Source: Thalassospira australica
Lineage (GTDB): Bacteria; Pseudomonadota; Alphaproteobacteria; Rhodospirillales; Thalassospiraceae
Direction: 5' to 3'
Assembly (NCBI RefSeq): GCF_044790785.1
Contig: NZ_CP085258.1
Coordinates: 2,559,689 to 2,623,688, forward strand
Length of the DNA: 64,000 bases
Shown here: in pieces, positions 10,729 to 22,700 of the stretch
Position numbering within the stretch: the first letter of the stretch is position 1
Layout of the letters: each line of letters opens with the position of its first letter
Made by a program: the position numbers and the translations under genes
The notes under the pieces: generated by a model
Told to the model about the DNA's origin: nothing
The model's database searches: none
Seen by the model: the letters and a program-made list of their open reading frames with translations, nothing else

Positions 10729-13700
10729 TGAATACCGATCAGCTGTTTCGCCGCACGCAAACCGCACGCACCCTGCTTGATAAACTTCGTCAGCGCGACA
10801 TTGCGCTAAGCCTGCATGCCAACGGGCACGATCTTTGTTTTGATGCCCCGACCGGTGCGTTTGACGATGCCCTGAAATCCGAAACCCGTGACCTGAAGGC
10901 TGAAATCATCGGCCTGCTGCGCGCACCCTCCGAACCAGACACCAAGGGTTCCAGCGCCGGTCCGATCCTCAAATCCTTCCCGGCCCATCCCGCCATCGAA
11001 GGACAATGGATTGCACGGCGCGACCAGCCGACAAGTGCGAATTACCATATCGTCACGGGCTTTTCCCTTCCCGAAGGAACCGGTTTCAGTGCGGTCCGCG
11101 ATGCCATCGCCACCATTGTCAAGCGCCATGATGCCCTCAGATCGACCTTTGTCGAACAGGATGGGCAACTGATCCAGCGCGTGCATGCCTACATGCCTGT
11201 AAGCGTGCGCAAGATCGAAACCACCCGTGAAATTCGTCATGATCTTTTTGATCTCGCCACCGGTCCTTTGGCCCGGTTTGGCTATGTCGGACATGACGAT
11301 GGACAAGTCCCGCAACTGGCCATGGCAATCGATCATCTGTGCTTTGATGGTCAATCGGTCATGTTGCTGCAAAAAGAGCTTCTTGCCATTCTTGCCGGAA
11401 ATCCCCCCGGAAACATTCCCGACATCGAAAAACTTGTGCGCAACGCGCATTACAATTTGGATCGGGAACGCGGCGAAATCGCTCGGAAATTCTGGTCGTC
11501 ACGAACCGATAAGTTGTTATCTGTCGGACTGCCTGACGATCCGGCAACAGACAGCAATGGCGACGGCAAACGCTTTTTGATCGAACTGACGGGGCAAGAC
11601 GCCGAAGCCGTTGCAAAGCTTGCCAGCCATACCCGCAAAACGACCCAGACCACACTCTGGGCAGCACTCACCATCGCAGTGATCGCACGGCACAAGGAAA
11701 ACGCCACAGCCATCATCGGGCTGCCTTTTGCCGGCCGCAGGGACAGGGAAACCATGCAGTCTATGGGCTGCTTTGTGAATCTCCTGCCTGTCGCGATCAA
11801 ACCCGATATGACAGGCACCCTTGAAAACCTGACCAGACAGGTCGGGCACGAGGTCCTGTCCATACTCGATGTTCAGGATTACCCCCTGTCGCGTCTGGTT
11901 CACGATCTGACACAGGCGGCACAGGGCCCGATAGGCCAGCCATTCGATGCCGTTCATGTAATGGAAACCTCCGACAGCCCGTTCGTGATCGAAGATCTCG
12001 ACTTCGGCGCGGGTAAATTCCCCCTGATGATCGGCATGATGAAAAACGGCGCGGAAACATTTTTGGCTGTCGAATATCAAAGTAACATCTATGGCAACGC
12101 ATGGGCTGAACGCTTTGCAAAACGTTTCCTGACCTTTGCACGTGCGCTTGCCAAAAACCCGGACATGCCGCTTGGCCTTGTTGATCTGCTGCCCGAAGAC
12201 GAACGCGACCACCTGTCCATCACGCTGAACGATACTGCATCGGATTACCCGCACGACTGCGGTCTTGGTGAATTACTCGCCCGGCAAATCGCCAAGCCAG
12301 CCAATGCGGACAAGGTCGCCCTGCAAGATCGTGATCGAAAAATCACTTATCGCATGTTGGGCCAACGGGTTGCCGCCATTTCTGCCGGGCTTGATGCTCT
12401 TGATGTTGCGCCCGGTTCGATTGTTGCTCTGGCCGCCGATCGTTCTCTTGATGCGATTATCACCCTTCTGGGCATTGCATGGCATGGGGCGGCCTATCTG
12501 CCGATTGATAAATCGCTGCCCGGCGATGCTATTGCCACCCTGATGGCCGAATGCGGTGCCGGTATTTTGCTGTGTGACGACGCCGAATTTGAACGCCTGT
12601 CGGGCCTGTCTGGTCGCGTTCGTATTGCCCGTCTTCCCGACACCAACGCAACATCCGATGCGACCTTTACCAGACGATCCGGCGATGATCTGGCTTATGT
12701 CATGTTTACCTCCGGCTCCACCGGCGCCCCCAAGGGGGTGCTGATCCCCAACCGGGCAGTGGCACGTCTGGTTGTCAATAACCGGGCGCTTGCGTTTGAT
12801 GACACCGATGTCATGGCACAGGCCGCATCGCTTGGCTTTGATGCCGCAACCCTTGAAATCTGGGCCCCGCTTCTGAATGGTGGCAGACTGGTTCTGATCG
12901 ATAACGAAACCCTGTTTGATCCAGAATCCCTTCACAATGCCCTTAAAGATGGCGGTGTCACCACCATGTGGCTGACCGCAAGCCTGTTTAACCGGATCGC
13001 CGATGATGCCCCGGGTTGCTTTGCCCCGCTCAAAAGACTGCTTTCCGGGGGCGAGGTGCTCAGTCCAGCTCACCTGCAAAAAGTCATGGCCGCCTGCCCG
13101 GACCTGGCCCTGATCAACGGCTACGGCCCGACGGAAAATACGACCTTTACCTGTATCCACCCGATCACGGCTCAAGACGTCCAATCGGCAAACATCCCGA
13201 TTGGACGACCGATTGGCAATACCCGCACCTATATTCTTGATACCGGCGGTCAACCGGTTCCAACCGGGGTCTGGGGCGAACTTTACGCCGCAGGCGACGG
13301 GCTGGCACTGGGATATTCCGGCGCGCCCGAACGCACCGCCAAGGCATTCGTCACGTTCGATCATTTGCCCGAAACGCGCCTTTACAAAACCGGCGACCGT
13401 GCGCGCTGGCGGGCGGATGGTGTAATTGAATTTGGCGGCCGCGGTGACGGGCAGGTCAAAATTCGCGGGCACCGGATTGAAACCGCCGCCATTGAAAAAC
13501 GCCTTGCCGAAATCGATGGCATTCGCAATGCCTGCGTGATTGCCGCCGACTCTGGTGCCGATGCCTTCCTTGGGGCGGCCATCGCCGCCGATCAGGATAA
13601 CAGCACCATCTGGATGCAGGTCCTTGGCCGCAATCTGCCCGATTACATGATCCCCGAACGGTTTCTCGTGCTTGATCATCTGCCAGTCAATGTGAATGGC

Positions 13701-16700
13701 AAGGTGGATCGAAAACAGCTTCTTCATGCCCTGACAGATACGGCACCACTTGTCCCCCAAACCGGCAACGCTGCGACCGGCAACGAACTGGAACAGATCG
13801 TTACCGAACAATTCAGGGCCCTGTTTGGCAACCGGGACATCACCCCGTCATCGGATTTCTTTGCACTGGGCGGGCACAGCCTTGTCGCCATGCGCCTTGC
13901 CGGATTGCTCGAAAAATCCACCGGCATTCGCCCGAAACTTCAGGATATCTTTGTTGCCCGGACAGTCGGCGGGATAGCAACCCTTCTTGCCAACCATAAA
14001 CAGAATGGCAAACAATTCCGGATCCCCAAGGCAGACGGCCCGAAATTCCCGCTTTCAAGCGGACAGGCCCGCCTTTGGGTTTTGCAACGCATGCAGCCCG
14101 ACATGGCGGTCTATTCCGTCCCCGCCGCGTTTGAAATCAATGGTCCGATTGATGCCGATGCCTTGCAGGCCGCCCTGCACAAACTTGAAGAACGGCAACA
14201 TGCGCTGCGCCTGCGCTTCAAATCTGATCCGCATCATCCCGATGGCGTCAGCCAGTATCTGGCACCCGCCGGTTCATGGGTTCTTGGCCGCCATCAAATG
14301 GACGAAGGCCCCGCCCGCCTGTTCATCGCACGCGAAACCGTTCGTCCGTTCGATCTTGAAAACAAACCATTGGCACGGGCCGATCTGATCACGCTCGCCC
14401 CCAAACGTCACTGGATGCTGGTTTCCCTGCATCATGCGATTTGCGATGGCTGGTCGATGCCGACATTGCTGCGCGATCTTGCCGCCCTTTATGCCGCCGA
14501 AACCGGTGCAACCGCTGCTTCCTTGCCGTTACTCGACCGGCATTACGAGGATTTTGCAAGCTGGCAACATGGTTATTTAAACTCGACCGGGGGCAAGGAT
14601 TTGCTGGCCCGCTGGAAAGAACGGCTGTTGCCCCTGCCCGAACCACTGGCCCTGCCATCGGACCGACGCCGACCCAAAGTCCGTCGTTTTGCCGGTGATT
14701 TCAACGAAATTGCCTTTGGCGAACAAACCACGCGTCTGATCAACGATGCGGCGGATCGGCATGGCACAACCGCCTTTTCCATTCTGACCGCTTTGGTGCA
14801 AATCCTGATGTACCGCCAATGCGGGCAGACCGATATCCCGCTTGGCATGCTGGTGGCCGGCCGTGAACAGACCGCCCTTGATGATGTGGTCGGCTTCTTT
14901 GTCAACACCGTCGTCCTGCGCCAGAATGTTGATCCAAACGCCGGATTTGACGATCATCTGGCCCAAACCGGCAAAACCATCATTGATGCCCTGTCCGATC
15001 AGGCCGCCCCGTTCGAGGATGTGGTCGCCGCAGTCAATGCGCCGCGCGATCCCGCCCGCAATCCGCTGTTTGATGTTCTGGTCGCCTGGCAGGACAGCAT
15101 ACCTAACCTTGGAAAACTCGGCGATGCCGAACTCTCGCTGCTGAAAACCGAATTCCCGTTCTCGAAATTCGATCTTGCGTTCTATTTCAGCAAACAGAAC
15201 GACGCCCTGCTGTGTCAGATCGAATTTGATACCGACCTGTTTGACAAATCCACCATTCAGGCAATTTTCAACCGGCTTGAAATCCTTGCAGTTGCGGCCC
15301 TGTCCACGTCATCAAGCGCCAAAATCGCCGAATTACCTATTTTGCCCGCGAACGAGCGCACCCGGATCGATCAATTCAATGCCACCGATCTTGACCTTGT
15401 CATTGAACGCAGCATTTCCGAACCGTTTATCGATCAGGTCCGTGCCACGCCAGACGCACCGGCGGTTATCGGAACATCTGCAACGCTAAGCTACGAACAA
15501 TTCGCCCGTCGTGCTGCCGGGATTGCCGCAAAACTGCGCGCGGCATCGGTCGGACCGGGCGATGTCATCGGCGTTGCCGTGCGTCGTTCGGTCGATATGC
15601 TGGCCGCGATTCACGGGATTCTTCTATGCGGTGCGGCATATAGCCCCCTTGACCCCGACCATCCCGAACAGCGCCGTACGGACATGCTTGATGATCTCGG
15701 CTATCCGCGCGTCGTCACCACCGCCGATCTGGCCGACCTGTTTGATGCCAACAATGTCCTGATCATCGATGGCCACGAAGATGCCGATATCCCTGATGCA
15801 ATCAACGCACCCGATGACCTTGCCTATGTGCTGTTCACATCCGGCTCGACCGGTCGCCCAAAGGGTGTCGAAATCGCCCATCGGGGTGTGTTGAACCGCA
15901 TCCTCTGGATGCAGGACGCCTTCCCGATTGGCCCCGATGACGTGATTTTGCAAAAAACCCCGATCACATTCGATGTGTCGGTCTGGGAACTGTTCTGGTG
16001 GTCATGGACGGGCGCACGCATTGTTCTGCCTGATCCGGGTGTTGAACGCGATCCGCAACAACTTGCCCAGGCCATTCGCGATCATGGCGTCACCACCATG
16101 CATTTCGTGCCTTCGATGCTGGCAAGTTTCCTGTTTTCGGTCGAACACGGGCTGGTCGATATCGAACATCTTGGCAGCCTCAAACGCGTTTTCGCCAGTG
16201 GCGAGGCGCTCGACCCGGCACTGGTAAAACGCTTCAACGATCTGCTATTTGATCGCTTCGGAACCGAACTGCATAACCTTTACGGCCCGACCGAGGCGAC
16301 GGTGGATGTCACATGGCATGCCTGCTCGCCACTTGAAAACCCCGATATCGTGCCGATTGGCAAACCAATTGCCAACACCACCATTCGCATCCTTGATGAC
16401 AAACTTGGCGACATGCCGATTGGCATTGCGGGTGAAATCGTGCTGGGCGGGCCACAGATCGCTCTTGGGTATCGCAACCGCCCGGAACTAACCACCGAAA
16501 AGTTCCCCGACGATCCCCGCAATCCGGGTCATAAACTGTATCGCACCGGTGATCTTGGTCGCTTCCTTGCCGACGGATCGGTCGAATATCTCGGTCGGAT
16601 TGATCATCAGGTCAAAATTCGCGGCTTCCGCATCGAATGCGGCGAAGTCGAAACCACGATTGAAAGCCACGATCTGGTCGAACGCGCATTGGTCAAGGCG

Positions 16701-19700
16701 GTCCGGGTTGGCGGTCTTGATGAATTGCATGCCTTTGTGCTGGGCGATGATGCACTCACCCTTGGCATTCTGCGCGATCATCTGCGCACGCGCCTGCCCG
16801 AATACATGATCCCGGCACGTTTCTTTGCACTTGATCATCTTCCCCTCACCAGCAGCGGCAAGGTCGACCGAAAGGCCCTTTCGGGCACACCAATGGCCGG
16901 TTCGCCCAAAACCGCCAGCCGAAGATCAAAACCGGCTATCGCCGCAAGATCCGACGCCGATAATCCCGATCTGGAAAATCTGGAACGGGTTCTGCAACGG
17001 CTGTGGCAGGAAATCCTGCCTGGTGTGATCGCGGGTCGTGACGACGGCTTCTTTGATGTCGGCGGCAATTCGCTTTTGCTGCTGCGTCTGCATGAAAAAA
17101 TCAATGCCCGCTGGCCCGGCACGATCAGCATTGCCGATCTGTTCGCAAGCCCCACCATCGCCCGCCAGGCCGAACTTCTGGCCGGACTGGATATCGCAAC
17201 CGACGATCCTGAACCGGCAAAGGGTGCGCCGCTTGCCACTAACGAACCGATTGCGGTGATCGGTATCGGCCTGCAACTTGCCGGGGCGGATGATATCGAT
17301 ACATTCTGGGCCGACGTCGCCCGTGGGGCGGATCGCGTCCGTCCGCTTCCGCCCGAACGCGACCACGAAACCCGCGACATGATGGCCGCCATTGGCCGTT
17401 CGGTTCCCGCGCGCTTCCGCGAAGCGGCCTATCTTGACCACATCTTTGATTTCGATCCGGGTCGTTTCCGCATGGCCCCGGCGGATGCCGCCCTGATTGA
17501 CCCGGAACAACGGTTGTTTATCGAAACCGCCCTGATGGCGATGGAAAATGCCGGTTATGGCGGGCAGGCCCTGCGTGGCCAGAAAGTCGGCATTTTTGCC
17601 GGTGGCGGGGCAAACCCGGCATGGCGCATTGCGATGGAGCATGTCGCACGCGACAAGGCCGAACAGATTTTTGCCCTTAACGTGCCGTCAAACATGGTCA
17701 CACGCCTGTCCTTCCTCAAGGACTGGCGCGGTCCGGCAAGTATCGTCGATACCGCCTGCTCGTCATCCTTGGTCGCGGTTCATCAGGCCTGCCAGAATTT
17801 GCGCAGCGGCACATGCACCGTCGCCCTTGCCGGCGGCGCGAAACTGATCCCCTGCCCGCCCGATGCCGATGGCGGCTTCACGATTGATTCTTCCACCGCC
17901 CGTACCCGCGCCTTTGACGATGCCGCTGATGGCACCGGCATGGGCGAAGGCAGCGTTGTCTTTGTCCTCAAACCGCTTGGTAATGCCATCGCCGATGGTG
18001 ATCCCGTTCATGCCATTATCCGCGGCAGTGCCGTCAATCAGGACGGCGCCTCAAGCGGGGCGGCCGCCCCCAACCCGGCCATGCAGGCCGATGTGATCCG
18101 GCAGGCCGCGCAAACGGCGGATATCGAACTGGGCTCCCTTTCCTATATCGAAGCCCACGGCACCGGCACGTCGCTTGGCGATCCGATTGAAATCGATGGC
18201 CTGACCCGCGCCTTCGCCCAAAGCACGGATGAAAATGGCTTTGCCCTGATCGGCTCGGCCAAGGGGAATTACGGCCATCTTGATGGGGCGGCGGGGGCAC
18301 TTGGTCTTGCACGCGCCATCATGGCATTACGCTTTGATCAGGCCCCGCCGCAACCCTTCTTTGAAACCCCCAACAGCCGGATTGATTTCGCGCGTGCGCC
18401 AGTACGCCCGACCAACCGCCTTGAACCGTTGGCGGACCGTGGCGCACCAAGACGTGCCGGTGTCAGTTCCTTCGGGCTAAGCGGCATCAACGCCCACGTC
18501 ATCCTTGAAGCCGCCCCAAAACGCAGCGCAAATGCACCGTATGATATCGCGCAAAACGGGACCTTCATCCTTGCGCTGTCTGCTGCCAACGAGGCCGCAT
18601 TAACCGACTATGCCGCCAAACTGCATCGCGACATCGCCAATGACACCACCCTTGATGTCCGGGACATCTGCCACACACTTGCTACCGGGCGCGACCAGCT
18701 CCGGCATCGCTTCGCCGTTTCGGTATCGGATCGCCAAAGCCTTCTGCACGCCCTTGCCGGTTTGATCGCCGGTGACACGGCAAATTGCGCCGCGCCCAAA
18801 CCTGCCGCGTTCTCTGTCCCGGCGGTTTCAGGTGATCCCGCCGATGCCACGGCCAATGCGCGCCAATGGCTCGAAGGGGCCAATCTGATCTGGCCCGAAG
18901 ATATGCGCGCACGCCGCGTATCCCTTCCCCATGCACCTTTTGCGAAAATCGTCTGCAAACCGGTCTTTGGCGACACCCGGGCACCCGATAACACGATCAT
19001 GACCGGCCCGGTCGAAACCGAAAGGGGCCGCTGCTTTGCCATTCCGGTCGCCTCCCCGTCCTTCTGGCCGACGAATGAACATCACCTGAACGGTCAACCG
19101 ACACTGGTCGGCATGGCCGTTCCCGCCATGATCGCAACTGCGGCCCGAAACGGCATGGGCGATCCGTCGGTACATATTTCTGACCTAAAATGGCAAAAGA
19201 CCCTTCTGCCCAATGCCCTGCCCGATGGCACGGCAACGCTTTTGCTTGGAAATGACGGTCATGTCGAACTGGGTGGCCGCCTTAAAAACGGCAAATGGTC
19301 GGTCTTTGCCACCGCGCACTGGACGAATGATGCACCGGCAAACAGCCACCGCGACAATTTGCCGTCGCTTGACCATGTGCGCGCAAAATGTACGCTTGCG
19401 GCCAATATCCCCCCTTATGCCCCTCAGATCGGCCCGATCACGATCAGCGACCGCTGGGATTGCCGGACGTCCATGCATTACAGCGCGGACGAAACCACGG
19501 CGATCATGCATCTGAAACTGAAACCGCAATATCATGCCGACCTGCGCGACTGGATCATTCATCCGGCCATGGCCGATATTGCATGCAGCATGATTCTGAC
19601 GGCCGAGGATAATGGCTCTCTCCCCGTCGGCATTGACGAAATCATACTGCACGCGCCGTTTAGCGGCGATATCATTGTCTGTGCCGACCGTCGTCATCCG

Positions 19701-22700
19701 GGGCAGGCCGACTTCACCTTCTTTGATGCCGACAGCCACAAACTGCTCCTGACCATACGCGGCATTCGTTTCTCGGGGGATAGTAACGGCAAAGCAGAAT
19801 CCGCCATGCCGGAACTGCTCGAAATTGACTGGCTGCCGGGCACGGTTGAAATGCAACCGGTTCCCGAAAACACCCTGATGATTGTCGATGGCGATTTCTG
19901 GCCGGTCCCGCCTGCCTGCCTGCGTATCCATCCCGATGCCCTTGCCACCACCGGCAAGGATATGCTGGCAACGGCGCAAAACGTCATTCTGGCCTTGGAA
20001 CCGGGCGAAGACATCGCCCTTCGCACCGCCCGATGCCTACGTTCTATCCTGCGCACCATGCGCGGGCGGATGCGGTTTGTCGTTGCCGGATGCGGCGCCT
20101 ATCAGATCAATGGCGATACCATTCCCACCAACCCGGATCAAAGTGCAGCAGCCGGTGTTGCCATCGCCGCAAGCGCCGAAGAACCCCGCCTGGTCCTCTC
20201 CTTTGCCGATATCGCACCGGATGATTTCCTTGCTTATATCGGTACTGAGCTGGCAACCGAACCGGGCCACGATCCGGTTGCGGCTTATCGCAATCAGGTC
20301 CGCTATTGTCGCAAACTCCGCCCGGTTTCCGCGCATGACAATCTGGCAAAAACCAACTGGCCCGATCATGGCGTCTGTGTCGTAACTGGCGGTACCGGCG
20401 GCTTTGCCATGGCCCTTGCCGATGAAATGGCGATGGGCGGCAAAGTGGCTCTTGCCCTGCTTGCCCGTCGCGGTGAAGACGGCCTTGATGCAACAACAAG
20501 GACACAGCTTGCACACCTTCGCGCAACCGGCATCAAGGTATCAATCCACACCTGCGACGTTGCCGACAAAGACGCGCTTTCCGATACGCTTGCCACGATC
20601 CGAAATAGTCTCGGCCCGATCACGGCCATTGCCCATGCCGCCGGGCTTGCCGATGGCGGGTTCCTTGCCGTCCGCGACATGGATGCGTTCGACACCATCA
20701 TGGCCGCCAAGATCAACGGCGCCCGTCATCTTGACACCCTGACCCTTAACGACCCCGTGCAGGCCTTTGTCATGTTCGGCAGCCTGACGGCCATCGTCGG
20801 TGTGCCCGGTCAGGCCGCCTATAGTGCGGCCAACGCCTTCCTTGACGGTTTTGCCCGTTACCGCAGGTCGCAGGGCCGCCCGGCCCTGACCATCGACTGG
20901 TGCGCTCTTGCCGATCAGGGCATGGCCGCACGTCACAATGTTCCGCTTCAGGACGGGGCCGCCATTACCCCGCAACAGGCCCCGGTCTTCTGGCGCGACG
21001 CGATGCACAGCACGGCCGCACAGCTTGTCGTGCTTGATCCCGCCCTTGCTGGTGAAACAGCGGCACAACCGGTAAAACCCGTTTCCGCACCGGCATCTGC
21101 ATCTCCATCGACACCGGATATCCCGCAAAAGATCGCCACCATCTGGGCTGAAACACTCGGCTATGATGCCATCGCCCCGGATGATGATTTCTTTGCCCTT
21201 GGCGGGGATTCCATCACCGGCATGCAGATCGTGGATCGCATGAATGCCGAACTGAAATTGTCGCTGGCGATTTCGGACCTGTTTGCCGCACCGACGGTAT
21301 CCGACCTTGCAGCACAATTCGGCCCATCACCGGCGGGCGATGTCAACCTGCCGGAACCATCCAGGTATCATGAGGCGATATCGACGGGCCCGGTCAATCC
21401 CACGGATAAAATCGCAAAAATCTGGGCCGAAATCCTTGGCTATGACAACATCGACCCGGACGAGGATTTCTATGCCCTTGGCGGCGATTCCATAACCGGC
21501 ATGCAGATCGTGGATCGCATGAATGCCGAACTGGCCTGCAATATCGGTCTTGCCGACCTGTTTGAAACCCCGACGATCACGGCACTGGCCACAAAGATAT
21601 CGCCATCAGTTGAAACTGTGAAACCATCGCCCGTTTCCCTGTCTCCGGCACCAAAACCGGCACAGCCCAAGGTCAAGCTCGAGGTTGAGGTTGAAACCGA
21701 TCCGCGCCGCGCGCCGGAAATGGAATTCTATCCGCTGGCCCCCGAACAGGTTTCGGTTCTGCATGCCGAACAAAGCGGCAATCTGGGCACCGCCTTTAAC
21801 CTGCCCCATGCCTTCATGCTTGACGACAGTGTCGATCTTGATCGCTTGCGTGATGCCATCATCCGCCTGACGGAACGTCATGAAATCCTGCGCACCCGCT
21901 TGATCGCCAAGGGTGATGACTGGGTCATGAAAATTCTGCCACTTCATGACGCCCTGCCCGATCTGACGCTGATCGAACTTGATGCTTCCGTATCGCTTGA
22001 AGATGCCGGTGTGTACCTTGTCATGCCGTTCGATCTGGCAACGGAAATTCCCGCGCGCTGGCGTCTGCTATGTGCTGCCGACGGCCAAAAGGCATTGTTC
22101 TTTGATATCCATCATACGGTTTCCGATGGCTTTACCATTGAAATGCTGCTGTCGGAATTGCTGGCGATTTATCGTGGGCAGCCCCTGCCACCCGTCCCCT
22201 ATCAGTTGCGCGATTACGCCTGGTGGAGCCATCTACCCGAAAGCCGCAAGCGGCTTGAAACCGCGCGTGATTACTGGCTCTCCCTGTATCAGGGACCACT
22301 TCCGAGGCTCGACCTGCCATCGGATCGCAAACGTCCGGCTTTCCATAGCTTCACAGGGGAAATCGTCGCGTTTGATCTTGATCCGGCGGTGCTGAAATCG
22401 GCCCGCAAATTCGCATCCGATCAACGTGTGACCATGTTCTCGCTGATGATGGCAACATGGTTTGCCGTCCTTGGCCGGATCGCCGCCACCGACGATCTGG
22501 TCATCAGCGTCCCGGTCAACCAGCGCGATGGTGCTGGCTTCCGCGATGCGCCGGGCATGATGGTTTCACTTCTGCCACTCCGCATGCAGATTGCCGATGA
22601 TGAAACCTTTGCATCTCTTCTGCACAAGGTGCAAAACCATCATATTGATGCCCTCCGCCACCGGGCCTATTTCCTGGATCTTCTACTGGATGATCTCTCA

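Noticed and set aside
12273-13811. Long minus-strand ORFs inside NRPS genes (e.g. 12273-13811, 22743-24116, 16926-17642, 19185-19979)
   Set aside because: Gly/Arg/Asp-rich translations without domain signatures. They are fully nested antisense to A/C/KS domains whose motifs are intact on the plus strand.
18500-19700. Calling the gene 2 post-KS region a confident active DH
   Set aside because: The HxxxGxxxxP motif carries an insertion (HHLNGQPTLVGMAVP). Only the downstream HPAMADIA-type segment looks DH-like. It is kept as DH-like or possibly inactive, not as a firm domain.
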